Below the pieces are notes generated by a model. It was not told where the DNA came from. It was given only the letters and a program-made list of their open reading frames with translations, and made no database searches. Position numbers and translations under genes: made by a program. Shown here one piece after another: positions 9,839 to 18,547 of a DNA stretch of 64,000 nucleotides; the first letter of the stretch is position 1, and every line of letters starts with the position of its first letter. The DNA is from Rhodospirillales bacterium (GTDB taxonomy: Bacteria; Pseudomonadota; Alphaproteobacteria; Rhodospirillales; Shumkoniaceae), in NCBI GenBank assembly GCA_014859895.1, contig JACZKS010000147.1, forward strand, positions 68,642 through 132,641, written 5' to 3'.

Positions 9839-10819
9839 TCACGCCTCCTTGTCGGCGACGATATGAGTTCCGGCCTCGCGCCGCAGGGCGGGCAGGGCCT
9901 CGTCGAGATGGCCGATGATGGCCCGCTTGCCGCCGCCGTCGATGAAGCGGATGGCCGCCTCGATCTTCGGACCCATGCTGCCCTCGGGGAAATGGCCCTC
10001 GGCCAGGTACTTGCGCATCTCGGAAACCGGCACCTCGTCCAACTCGCGCTGGTTGGGCTTGCCGAAGTTGATGGCCACCCGCGACACCGCCGTCAGGATC
10101 ATCATGGTGTCGATCTTGAGCACGTTGGCCATGTGGGCAGAGGTCAGGTCCTTGTCGATCACCGCCTCGACTCCTCGGCGCACGCCGCGGGCATCGCGCA
10201 CCACCGGAATGCCGCCGCCACCGCCGGCAATCACCACCGTGCCGCGGCTGGCCAGCGCCTCGACGAGGGAAATGTCGCAGATGTGCTTGGGCTTGGGCGA
10301 GGCCACCACCAGGCGCCAGCCGCGCCCGGCATCCTCGCGCATGACCCAGCCCATCTGGGCGGTCAGGTCCTTCGCTTCGGCCTCGCTGTAGAAGTAGCCG
10401 ATCGGCTTGGTGGGGTTCTTGAAGCCGGGATCGTCGGCGTCGACCTCGACCTGCGTGACCAGGCCGACCACGTGGCGCGGGTTGCCAACCTCGCGCAGCG
10501 CGTTCTCGAAGGCCTGCATCAGGATATAGGCGGTGGCGCCCTGGGTGTCGGCGACGAGGATGTCGAGGGTCATAGGCACCACCCGCTCGCGGGCCAGGAC
10601 ATTGCGCATCAGCACCTTGCCGACGGCGGGCCCGTTGCCGTGGGTGATGATCAGCTGGTTGTCGAGTTCAAGCAGAGGCAGCAGGGCACGCGCCGTGCTG
10701 GCGGCGATCGTCATCTGCTCCTCGGAGGTTCCTTTGTTGCCGGCCGGCTGAATGGCATTGCCGCCGACGGCGACCAGCAGGCGCTTGGGAAGGGTCTGAT
10801 TGGCTTTCACGTCTGTCAC
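9839..10819 (-). CDS. arcC: Carbamate kinase
   Basis: VAVGGNA, THGNGPAVG, NPTKPIG, GGGGIPV, AVIDKDL and GSMGPKIEAA motifs. Confidence 0.93.
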   Translation of the reverse strand: MTDVKANQTLPKRLLVAVGGNAIQPAGNKGTSEEQMTIAASTARALLPLLELDNQLIITHGNGPAVGKVLMRNVLARERVVPMTLDILVADTQGATAYILMQAFENALREVGNPRHVVGLVTQVEVDADDPGFKNPTKPIGYFYSEAEAKDLTAQMGWVMREDAGRGWRLVVASPKPKHICDISLVEALASRGTVVIAGGGGGIPVVRDARGVRRGVEAVIDKDLTSAHMANVLKIDTMMILTAVSRVAINFGKPNQRELDEVPVSEMRKYLAEGHFPEGSMGPKIEAAIRFIDGGGKRAIIGHLDEALPALRREAGTHIVADKEA

Positions 10820-10864
10820 TCCTCGATCAACCCGAACCCGAAATACGCACCCCGTCGACCGCCC

Positions 10865-11902
10865 TTACAGGCGGCTTCCATAGCTTTCGCCGGAACAAGC
10901 CGGAAGGCGGCCGAAGAGAGTGGAGATCTCGGCCGCATTCCGGCCCTCGGCAAGCGCCAGGGAAAGAAGAAGCGCGGACTTTTGGGGGTTGAGAAAACCC
11001 GATGCGGCGACGACGTCGGCATCCTCCCGGAGGTCCATGACCTCGGGGAAAACAGCCACTTCGCCGACCCGCGATGAAACCACGATGGCAACGCCGTCCT
11101 TCGCCATCCGGCGGGCGAGGGCAGCCATGGGGGCCGGCATGGTGCCGCCGCCGAAGCCCGCGATGACGACGCCGGGATAGCCGGCGTCGCGGCAGGCGGC
11201 CAGCGGCGCCTCGCCGCAGCCGCCGTGAACGAGCGCGATGCCGACGGCAGGCAACTCGCGCTGGCCGTCCAGGCATAAAAAGAACCGGCCGGCCAGGGGT
11301 GAGCGGCGGGGCGGTTCGAAATAGGTCAGCCGCTCGCCGGTAACCCGGCCGAGTGGCCCGCCCGGGTAGGCGCGGAACGCCTGCACCGGCAACGAGGCCG
11401 TCTTGATGGCCATCCAGCCGGGCAGTACGGTGTCGTTCATGGCCACCAGAATGCCGCGTTCGGCGGATTCGGGCGCGGCGGCCACCCGCACCGCCTGGAA
11501 CAGGTTGGCGGGGCCGTCGGCCCCCAGGGCGGTGGCCGGCCGCATGGCGGCGGTGAAGACCACCGGCTTGTCGGACTGGAGGAGAAGGTCGAGGAAGAAG
11601 GCCGCCTCCTCCAGCGTGTCGGTGCCATGCGTCACGACGACGCCGTCGACCTCGGAAGTCTCGAACGCCACCTGAACCCGCCGGGCCAGGGCCCGCCACT
11701 CGCGTGGCCCCAGGTCGCCGGACGGCTTGGCATAGAGGGTCTCGGCCTTGACTTCGGCGATGCGGTCGAGCTGGGCGATGCCGGCGATCAGCCGGGAGGC
11801 GTCGATCTGCCCCGCCTTGTAGGTGGCGGTGGTTGCCGACTCGCCGGCGCCGGCGATGGTGCCGCCGGTGCCGAGAACCAGGATCTTCGCCTTCCCCGCC
11901 AT
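10865..11902 (-). CDS. Asparaginase/glutaminase family protein (type II-like)
   Basis: GTGGTIAG and HGTDTLEE catalytic Thr motifs; LNPQKSALLL C-terminal motif. Confidence 0.88.
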   Translation of the reverse strand: MAGKAKILVLGTGGTIAGAGESATTATYKAGQIDASRLIAGIAQLDRIAEVKAETLYAKPSGDLGPREWRALARRVQVAFETSEVDGVVVTHGTDTLEEAAFFLDLLLQSDKPVVFTAAMRPATALGADGPANLFQAVRVAAAPESAERGILVAMNDTVLPGWMAIKTASLPVQAFRAYPGGPLGRVTGERLTYFEPPRRSPLAGRFFLCLDGQRELPAVGIALVHGGCGEAPLAACRDAGYPGVVIAGFGGGTMPAPMAALARRMAKDGVAIVVSSRVGEVAVFPEVMDLREDADVVAASGFLNPQKSALLLSLALAEGRNAAEISTLFGRLPACSGESYGSRL

Positions 11903-11932
11903 ATCCGCCTGCCCCTTCGGCCCGCCGCTCCG

Positions 11933-12958
11933 TCAGACCCCGACGATGTTGGCGAGCAGCGACATGCGCAGCGCAACCGAGAAGCCGATCGCCTTGAAAT
12001 AGAGCTGATGGGCGCTCTCGTCGATGGCAAAGTCGAACTCGCCCTCGTTGCGCGGCAGCGAGTGGCTGATGCCCACCGTCCTGCCGGTCTTCTTCTCGAT
12101 CTTCTGCAGGCCTTCGAGGGTGAAGTAATACTCTTGCATCTTCTTCAGGAATTCCTCGCGGCCCGGGTCGCCCTTCTTGACCGAACAGCCGGGCAGGTAG
12201 ACGAAGTCGATGCCTTTGTCGGCGATCAGTTCTTCCTGCTGGCCAATCGTCAGGTCGAAGTGCTCCTCGTAGTTCGCCTTCATGCCGTCCAGCTTGTCCT
12301 TGATCACCTTCGGCGTGCCGAGGCCGGTGGTCCCGGAGTAGATGATCTTGGCGCCCATCCGGGCGAGGCCGAGGCCGAACGACTGTCCGGACCGGGCCCG
12401 CGACAGGTCGGGAGTGGCAATCATTACGGTCATGTCGGTGAAGGGACGACCGATCGCCCGGTAGGCCGTGTACATGTCGAGCAGGCCCTGGGTCGGATGC
12501 GTTACGTTACCGTAGCCGCCGCTGATGATCGGCACGCACTTGTCGCCGAGCGCATCGATGACCTTGATCACCTCGTCGTCGGGATGGCGCAGCACGATGA
12601 CGTCGGCGTACTGCGCGGTGACGCGCAGGGCGTCATAGAGCGACTCGCCCTTGGCCGCCGACGAGCTGACCAGCGGGTTGGACTCGGTGATCACGTTGCC
12701 GCCCAGGCGATACATGGCGGTCTCGTGGCTGAACCGGGTCCGCGTGCTGGGCTGGAAGAACTGGGTGCAGAGAACCTTGCCCTCGAGCAGCGGAATACGG
12801 CCGCGATAGAAGGGCTCGAGCATCTCGGCGGTCAGGAACAGATTGGTCAGTTCCTCGCGCGACAGGTCGTCGATGAAGGTCAGGTGGCGCCCCTTGATGC
12901 CGGTGCGCTCGACCTGCTTGTAGATGTCGCGCGGTCCGAAATCCGTGGTCAGTGTCAT
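11933..12958 (-). CDS. Aspartate/ornithine carbamoyltransferase family protein with non-canonical substrate site (probable ureidoglycine-type transcarbamylase)
   Basis: FFQPSTRTR, SSAAKGES, HPTQGLLD and HSLPR carbamoyl-phosphate motifs are present. The ATCase RxQxER and OTCase SMG motifs are absent (replaced by YLPGCSVKKGD). Confidence 0.8.
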   Translation of the reverse strand: MTLTTDFGPRDIYKQVERTGIKGRHLTFIDDLSREELTNLFLTAEMLEPFYRGRIPLLEGKVLCTQFFQPSTRTRFSHETAMYRLGGNVITESNPLVSSSAAKGESLYDALRVTAQYADVIVLRHPDDEVIKVIDALGDKCVPIISGGYGNVTHPTQGLLDMYTAYRAIGRPFTDMTVMIATPDLSRARSGQSFGLGLARMGAKIIYSGTTGLGTPKVIKDKLDGMKANYEEHFDLTIGQQEELIADKGIDFVYLPGCSVKKGDPGREEFLKKMQEYYFTLEGLQKIEKKTGRTVGISHSLPRNEGEFDFAIDESAHQLYFKAIGFSVALRMSLLANIVGV

Positions 12959-13002
12959 GGCTCGTTTCTTTCCTCTAGATCAGATCAGGCGCAGGCGGCC
13001 GC

Positions 13003-13773
13003 TCAGATCGGCGCGTCGCGGTTCATGTCCTTGCTGTAGATGTACCAGTACGGCTCGCGACCGGTGGCATAGGTGGCCTGCTGGCAGAACGGGCCGAACC
13101 AGATGAAGTCTTCCTTCTTGACCTGGAGCCAGTCCTCGCCCAGCAGGTACATGCCCTGCCCGCCCAGCACATAGGCGCCGTGCTCCTGCACGTGGGTTTC
13201 GCAGAAGGGATGGCAGCCGGCAGCCAGGAACTTGAGCGTGTGCATGTTCATGTCGAAGGCCGGCTCGTAGGGCAGCAGGTCGCGGAGCAGCACGTTCTCC
13301 ATGCCGTCGTAGATCACTTCCTTGACCGAGTTGATGTCGCCGAACACGCGCCAGGGCTTGAGTTCACCCAACGGCACGAAGCGCTGCTTATAAAGTAGGA
13401 TGCGCACCGGCTTGCCCGAGGCGTTCTCGAACTCGATGCCCTCGGCGGGCGGCGCGAAGGCATAGCCGCCGGCTTTCAGCGTTTCGGTCTGACCGCCCAC
13501 CGTAACCCTGAGCGCGCCCTCGCCATCGATGACGTAGAGGAAAGTCTCGACCCCGGGGTCGGCGACGAACAGCGTCGTCGTTTTGCCGCCCGCCTCGACG
13601 GCGCCGATGTACTGCACGAAGCTGGCGCCGATCTTGGGCGAGCAGATGATGGTCAGGCGGCATCCCACGAAACCGGGGACGGAATTGATGACGCGACCTT
13701 CAGGCGGGATGACCGCGTAGCTGCCCGGTTTGATGACAGCACGCGATTCGAGAAATCCCACGGGGTACGGCAT
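13003..13773 (-). CDS. allE: (S)-ureidoglycine aminohydrolase (bicupin)
   Basis: FDMNMHTLKF, ETHVQEHGAYVLGGQGMY, WFGPFCQQ and YIYSKDMNRD motifs. Confidence 0.9.
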   Translation of the reverse strand: MPYPVGFLESRAVIKPGSYAVIPPEGRVINSVPGFVGCRLTIICSPKIGASFVQYIGAVEAGGKTTTLFVADPGVETFLYVIDGEGALRVTVGGQTETLKAGGYAFAPPAEGIEFENASGKPVRILLYKQRFVPLGELKPWRVFGDINSVKEVIYDGMENVLLRDLLPYEPAFDMNMHTLKFLAAGCHPFCETHVQEHGAYVLGGQGMYLLGEDWLQVKKEDFIWFGPFCQQATYATGREPYWYIYSKDMNRDAPI

Positions 13774-13815
13774 TCTTGTCTCCTTTCGAACGAAAAACGC
13801 TAGGGCAATCCCCGC

Positions 13816-14316
13816 CTAGCGCGGCGCGGCCAGAACCAGCGGCTCGCCGACAGTGGGCAGGGGAAAAAGATCGCAATTGGGTTCGGCGGTTCCCCGGTCG
13901 ATGACCAGGAAGCGCATGGGCGTCACCACGATGGCCGGATGGTGCCAGACACCGCGGCGGAAGTTCACGCCTTGGGCGCCGTTGGTGAAGAAAATGCGGA
14001 TATCGGCCGGATCGACCGTGTCGCCGGGCGGCGCAACGATGACGAAAAAGCGCTGGCGATCGAGCGGCACGAAGGCCTGGCTGGACAGCGGGTGACGTTC
14101 CAGTTCGCGAATTGCCAGCGGGAAGCCGAAAGGCCGGCTTTCGAAAATGCTGACCACGGGGCGGCCACCGCCTTCGGTCACGTCGATCGCCGCCAGGTCG
14201 CTGTGGCGAACCGTGGTGCCGTCGTTGATGGGTATAGGCGTGCCGCCGCCCACCTCGATGACGTCACCGAACGGCGCGAACCTGTCGCGATGCAGGGGTT
14301 CCCAAGTCAAGGACAT
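13816..14316 (-). CDS. allA: Ureidoglycolate lyase
   Basis: FAPFGDVI, LERHPLSSQAFVPL and QGVNFRRGVWHHP motifs. Confidence 0.92.
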   Translation of the reverse strand: MSLTWEPLHRDRFAPFGDVIEVGGGTPIPINDGTTVRHSDLAAIDVTEGGGRPVVSIFESRPFGFPLAIRELERHPLSSQAFVPLDRQRFFVIVAPPGDTVDPADIRIFFTNGAQGVNFRRGVWHHPAIVVTPMRFLVIDRGTAEPNCDLFPLPTVGEPLVLAAPR

Positions 14317-14400
14317 CCGACCACTCCACCCCGGAGCTCCCCGCCTTTCCCGCAGGAGGCTCTGCTTATCTTGATGGCGATAGGTCCGCCATCGATATTT

Positions 14401-14469
14401 ATCCGCTTGTCGGAAAGAATATCACCCCCCATTTTCACGGAGCAAGCGTTTTAATTCCGGTAATCGGAA
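14401..14469. promoter_or_regulatory. Two palindromic WTCCG-N5-CGGAA sites (14401-14415, 14455-14469), putative ROK regulator operators
   Basis: ATCCGCTTGTCGGAA and TTCCGGTAATCGGAA lie in the divergent allA/ROK intergenic region. Confidence 0.5.
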
Positions 14470-14475
14470 AAAATT

Positions 14476-15804
14476 GTGGATCATCGCTCAAGCCTTCGGC
14501 ACAAGACCGTTGACATCGCGCCGGAGGCCGTAAACAACAGCACGACAGGCGCCAACCGGGGGAACGCCAGGGGGATGGGCATGGACGCGCGCTTCACGGC
14601 TGACGAAATCTTCGCCGGCACCCGGGTTCGCCGGACCGATCTGGCCAAGGCGCGGATTTTCCTCTCCGTCTTCGAACGCGGCCAGGACGACCCCCATACC
14701 CGGCGCAGCCTCACCCAGGATCTCTCGCTCCGGCCGGCCACGGTTTCGGCCATGGTCGGCGAACTGATCGCGGACGGCCTGATCGCCGAAACCGACCGCA
14801 CCGCCAGCACCGGCAAGGGCCGCCCCGAGGCCTGCCTGCAGCTTCAGGCCAACCGCATGGTGACGGCGGCCATCGAGGTAACGTCCCGGACCATCCGCGG
14901 CGTCCTGGTCAACCTCAGGGGCCAGATCGTGTGCGAAGCCAGCTTGGCCATCGAAGAGGATCAGGCCGAACAGGCGAACGTGATGGCTGCCTTCAAGGCG
15001 GTCGCCAGCGACGTCCTGGCCCAATGCCCGGCCGGCGCCGGCATCGCCGGCATCGGCATCTCGCTGCCAGGAATCGTCGATGAACGGGGACTCACCTGGA
15101 TCTCGGCGGCCCGCTGGCCGCGCATGACCAACCTGGATTTCCACGGCTTGGCCAAAGAGACCGGGCATGCCGTGCGAATCGAGCGCAAGCGCCAATCCGA
15201 ATTGCGCGCCCACTTCCAGACCCACCCCGAGGAACGCAGCGGCGGCACGCTGTTCGTCAGCTGGGGTTACGGCATCAGTTCGGCCTATGCCCAGAACGGC
15301 GCGGTGCTGACCTCGACCATGGGCGGATTCGGCGACCTCGGCCATTGGCTGGTGGAACCGGAAAGCGGCCGCAAGTGCCTGTGCGGCCAGACCGGCTGTC
15401 TGGAGGCGCACGCCGCGCTGTGGGCCCTGATGCCGGAAATCCGCAAGGCCTTCCCCGACATCGGTACCCATCCGCCAACCATCCGCGCGCTGCTGCAAAG
15501 CCGAGACATTTCCCATCTGCCGCGCATCGAGCACGCCACGCGCCTGTTTGCGCTTTCGCTGCACAACCTGTTCAAGACGTTCTTTCCGGACCGCATCGTG
15601 CTGTCGGGCTATTTCCCGGAAAACCCCTGGATTTCAGAGCGGGTGCGACGGCTTTTCTTCGCCAATATGCCGCACTACGCGCAAGGTCGGGTGATCCTTG
15701 AAGTCAAGGACCCCAACGCCGACGACGCCGTCATCGGGGTCTCGACGCCGTTCTTCCAGGAAAGCCTGCGTCCCTTCCTGGTTGCCCGCGACGTCCGCAT
15801 CTAG
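14476..15804 (+). CDS. ROK family transcriptional regulator (true start may be 14581)
   Basis: N-terminal HTH (LSLRPATVSAMVGELIADGLI, GKGRP), GDLGHW and CLCGQTGCLE zinc motif. Confidence 0.9.
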   Translation: MDHRSSLRHKTVDIAPEAVNNSTTGANRGNARGMGMDARFTADEIFAGTRVRRTDLAKARIFLSVFERGQDDPHTRRSLTQDLSLRPATVSAMVGELIADGLIAETDRTASTGKGRPEACLQLQANRMVTAAIEVTSRTIRGVLVNLRGQIVCEASLAIEEDQAEQANVMAAFKAVASDVLAQCPAGAGIAGIGISLPGIVDERGLTWISAARWPRMTNLDFHGLAKETGHAVRIERKRQSELRAHFQTHPEERSGGTLFVSWGYGISSAYAQNGAVLTSTMGGFGDLGHWLVEPESGRKCLCGQTGCLEAHAALWALMPEIRKAFPDIGTHPPTIRALLQSRDISHLPRIEHATRLFALSLHNLFKTFFPDRIVLSGYFPENPWISERVRRLFFANMPHYAQGRVILEVKDPNADDAVIGVSTPFFQESLRPFLVARDVRI

Positions 15805-15861
15805 TTTTGGGGACACCATATTTAATTCCATGCGAATTAAATATGGTGTCCCCAAAACTAG
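15801..15861. repeat. Perfect 28-bp inverted repeat with 5-nt loop (REP/MITE-like palindrome)
   Basis: CTAGTTTTGGGGACACCATATTTAATTC-CATGC-GAATTAAATATGGTGTCCCCAAAACTAG, with CTAG at both ends. Confidence 0.9.
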
Positions 15862-15944
15862 GCATTCCGGCTTGCCGGCGGCACGGCTTGGTGAAATGGT
15901 GTCGCCGTTCCGGCATTCCGCCGGCCGCCGCGAGAGAACAAGCA

Positions 15945-16577
15945 ATGGACCCAATCGCCTGGCTGCAAGTCGCGTTGGTGTGCGCCATGGGTGCGGCGTC
16001 GCCCGGTCCCAGCTTGGCCGTGGTGTTGCGCAATACCCTGGCGGGCGGCAAGCGGCAAGGCGTGCTGACGGGGCTCGGCCACGGACTTGGCATCCTGCTC
16101 TATGCCGGGTTGGTGGTCACCGGACTGGCCGTGGCGCTCGCCGCCTTTCCGGCCGTCGAGGCGGCTGTCGGCTACGCCGGCATCCTGCTGCTGGTGTGGC
16201 TGGGGCTTTCCTTCATCGGCGTGCGCCTGCCGTCAGCCGGCAACGGACGCAAAGCAGCCACGTCATCGGCGGAGTCCGGCCAACACCGCAGCGGCTTCGT
16301 GGCCGGCTTTCTCATCGCCCTCCTCAATCCCAAGATCGCCGCCTTTTTCATGGCGGTGTTCGCACCCTTCATCCGCCTCGACGCCAACGGCACCGAAAAG
16401 GCCATCCTGGCCTTGACCGCTGGTATCATCGATGCCGGCTGGTACGTGCTGGTCGCCCTGGCGCTGTCGGGGACCGGGCTGATCCACGTGCTGCACCGCC
16501 ACGCTTCAGGGGTGGACCGCGCCATCGGCGCGTTGCTGCTCGTCCTCGCCGCCGGGCTCTTGTACCGCATGCTCTAA
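15945..16577 (+). CDS. LysE/RhtB family translocator
   Basis: AASPGPS and GFLIALLNPKIAAFF motifs. Start re-called at ATG 15945. Confidence 0.88.
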   Translation: MDPIAWLQVALVCAMGAASPGPSLAVVLRNTLAGGKRQGVLTGLGHGLGILLYAGLVVTGLAVALAAFPAVEAAVGYAGILLLVWLGLSFIGVRLPSAGNGRKAATSSAESGQHRSGFVAGFLIALLNPKIAAFFMAVFAPFIRLDANGTEKAILALTAGIIDAGWYVLVALALSGTGLIHVLHRHASGVDRAIGALLLVLAAGLLYRML

Positions 16578-16618
16578 GGACTATCCTTGAGGCGACGCCT
16601 CCTGTCCGGGAGAAAGCC

Positions 16619-17119
16619 ATGGGATGGCTGCTTCGCAAGGTCGACATGCTGGGCGGCGCCGTGATCGCCGGGAGCGCCGGTGCCGGCGCGTCGCAGCTCC
16701 AGGCCTTCATGGTGCAATACCTTCAGCGCCTGGGCGGCCATGTCGACGAGGCCCAGCGGGCTTTCGACGCCCTCGGCCACGGCCAGCGCTACCGCCAGAT
16801 GGACGGGCCGACGCGCGAGATGATTGCCGAGGACGCCATGGCCCGCGTCAACGAGTTGCGCACCGCCCACGATGCCATCTTGCAGGGCGACTTGATCTCG
16901 CGCCCCTTCGCCTTCTTTCGCCACCTCGACATCGACATCGCCGGGCGCACCTGGGACGGCTTTTCTCCGGCGCTTCCCTTCGACACCGCCGGGCTGGCCT
17001 ACGCCGCTGCCGGGCTCATTCTCGGCCTCGTCCTCTATGAGCTGATCAAGGCGGCTTTCGCGCTTCCATTCCAGCGGCGGCCAGCCGCCACGACCGCGGA
17101 GCCTCCCCGCCCCCGGTAG
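16619..17119 (+). CDS. DUF2937-like membrane protein
   Basis: SQLQAFMVQYLQRLGGHVDEA motif and C-terminal TM. Start re-called at ATG 16619. Confidence 0.75.
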   Translation: MGWLLRKVDMLGGAVIAGSAGAGASQLQAFMVQYLQRLGGHVDEAQRAFDALGHGQRYRQMDGPTREMIAEDAMARVNELRTAHDAILQGDLISRPFAFFRHLDIDIAGRTWDGFSPALPFDTAGLAYAAAGLILGLVLYELIKAAFALPFQRRPAATTAEPPRPR

Positions 17120-17258
17120 CGGGATCCGCAGGGATTCGCAACCCAGCCCTGCAACAATTGCAATTCCTTATATAGGGCCCCGGCGTTAGGGTGCCGCCCG
17201 ATCCTAACCCGAGCCGGGCAAACCCGGCCGGCCAACAGAACGTTCAAGAGGACTTGCC

Positions 17259-17414
17259 ATGTATGCTTCCCTGAAGACCCGCTTCTCCGCTTGGCTGACC
17301 TATCGCCGGACCGTCCGCGAACTTTTTGCGCTGGACCGCCGCGAACTCGATGACATCGGCATCGCCCCCTGGCAGATCCGCGAGATCGCCCGGCGTTCCG
17401 TCTACGGCCGCTAA
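17259..17414 (+). CDS. DUF1127 family small Arg-rich protein (51 aa)
   Basis: Manual translation MYASLKTRFSAWLTYRRTVRELFALDRRELDDIGIAPWQIREIARRSVYGR matches the W..YR.T..EL..L..REL.DIGI pattern; below the ORF-track size cutoff. Confidence 0.88.
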   Translation: MYASLKTRFSAWLTYRRTVRELFALDRRELDDIGIAPWQIREIARRSVYGR

Positions 17415-18538
17415 GCCTTCACCGTGACCCATTCACGGCGTCGTGCCGCGCGCACGATGCCGTGAATCACCCGCTCGATGGCCAGTGCCGCCTCGAAATC
17501 GGGGAAGAGCATCTGCTCGCCGGCCAATCCGCGCAGCAGGTGGTCCACTTCGATGACCTTGAGGTCGTTGAAGCCCAAGCCATGGCCGGCCGATGGGCAG
17601 AACCGCCCATAGGGCGGATGGTCCGGGCCGCTGAGCACGGTGGCAAAGCCGCGCCGCTCGGCCGGTCCGTCGGCAACGAAGAGCTGCAACTCGTTCATCC
17701 GCTCCTGGTCGAAGACGAGGCTACCCCGGCTGCCGGTTATCTCCCAGGCCAGCCGGCACTTGCGCCCCCAACTGATGCGGCTGGAAGCCAGCGCGCCGCC
17801 GACGCCGTTCTCGAATCGCAAGAGGGCGTGGGCGATGTCTTCGTTCTCGACGGTGCCGGTTTCGCCCGGCCGGGCTGGATCGGGCCGCTCCTTGATGACC
17901 GTTTCGATGTCGGCCGCCACCGCCGCCACCGGCCCGATCAGGAAATGGGCGACCGATACCAGATGGCAGGCGAGATCGCCGAGCGTGCCGAGCCCGGCCT
18001 CGGCGATGCGGCAACGCCACGAATAGGGCCGGTCCCGATCGGCCATGTAGTCCTCGTCATAGACCCCGCGGAAATAGGCGACATCACCGATCACGCCGTC
18101 GGCAATCAGACGGCGGGCGTGGGCAATAGCCGGGTTGCGGACATAGTTGTAGCCGACCAGGGTGGCGACACCGGCGGCGGTGGCCGCCCCGGTCATGGCG
18201 GCGGCGTCTTCCAACGTGAGCGCCATCGGCTTTTCGCAATAGATCGCCTTGCCGGCCGCCGCCGCAGCCATGGCCATCTCGCGATGCAGCGCGTTGGGCG
18301 CGGTGATGGCGATCAGCCCAACGGCGGGATCGGCCATCAGATCGCGCCAGTCGGTGGTCCAGCGGGCAAAACCGAATTCGTCGGCGGCGCGCCGGGCGGC
18401 GGCGGGCTCGATATCGCAGAGCACGGCGAGGCGGGGCGTGATCGGCGGCGCGAACACCGCCTTCACCGCACCGAACGCCATCGCATGGCACTTGCCCATG
18501 AAGCCGGTGCCGATCAACCCGACGCCGATTTCGTCCAT
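17411..18538 (-). CDS. Gfo/Idh/MocA oxidoreductase (probable inositol dehydrogenase)
   Basis: GLIGTGFMG, CEKPMA and GTLGDLACH motifs; next to a sugar ABC operon. Confidence 0.85.
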   Translation of the reverse strand: MDEIGVGLIGTGFMGKCHAMAFGAVKAVFAPPITPRLAVLCDIEPAAARRAADEFGFARWTTDWRDLMADPAVGLIAITAPNALHREMAMAAAAAGKAIYCEKPMALTLEDAAAMTGAATAAGVATLVGYNYVRNPAIAHARRLIADGVIGDVAYFRGVYDEDYMADRDRPYSWRCRIAEAGLGTLGDLACHLVSVAHFLIGPVAAVAADIETVIKERPDPARPGETGTVENEDIAHALLRFENGVGGALASSRISWGRKCRLAWEITGSRGSLVFDQERMNELQLFVADGPAERRGFATVLSGPDHPPYGRFCPSAGHGLGFNDLKVIEVDHLLRGLAGEQMLFPDFEAALAIERVIHGIVRAARRREWVTVKA

Positions 18539-18547
18539 GGTCGCCTC

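Noticed and set aside
11933-12958. Calling the transcarbamylase pyrB or argF
   Set aside because: Substrate-specificity motifs of both are absent and the context is catabolic.
15698-16618. N-terminal extension of the 473-aa ORF 15698-17119
   Set aside because: Overlaps the ROK and LysE genes and the palindrome; only 16619-17119 looks like a real protein.
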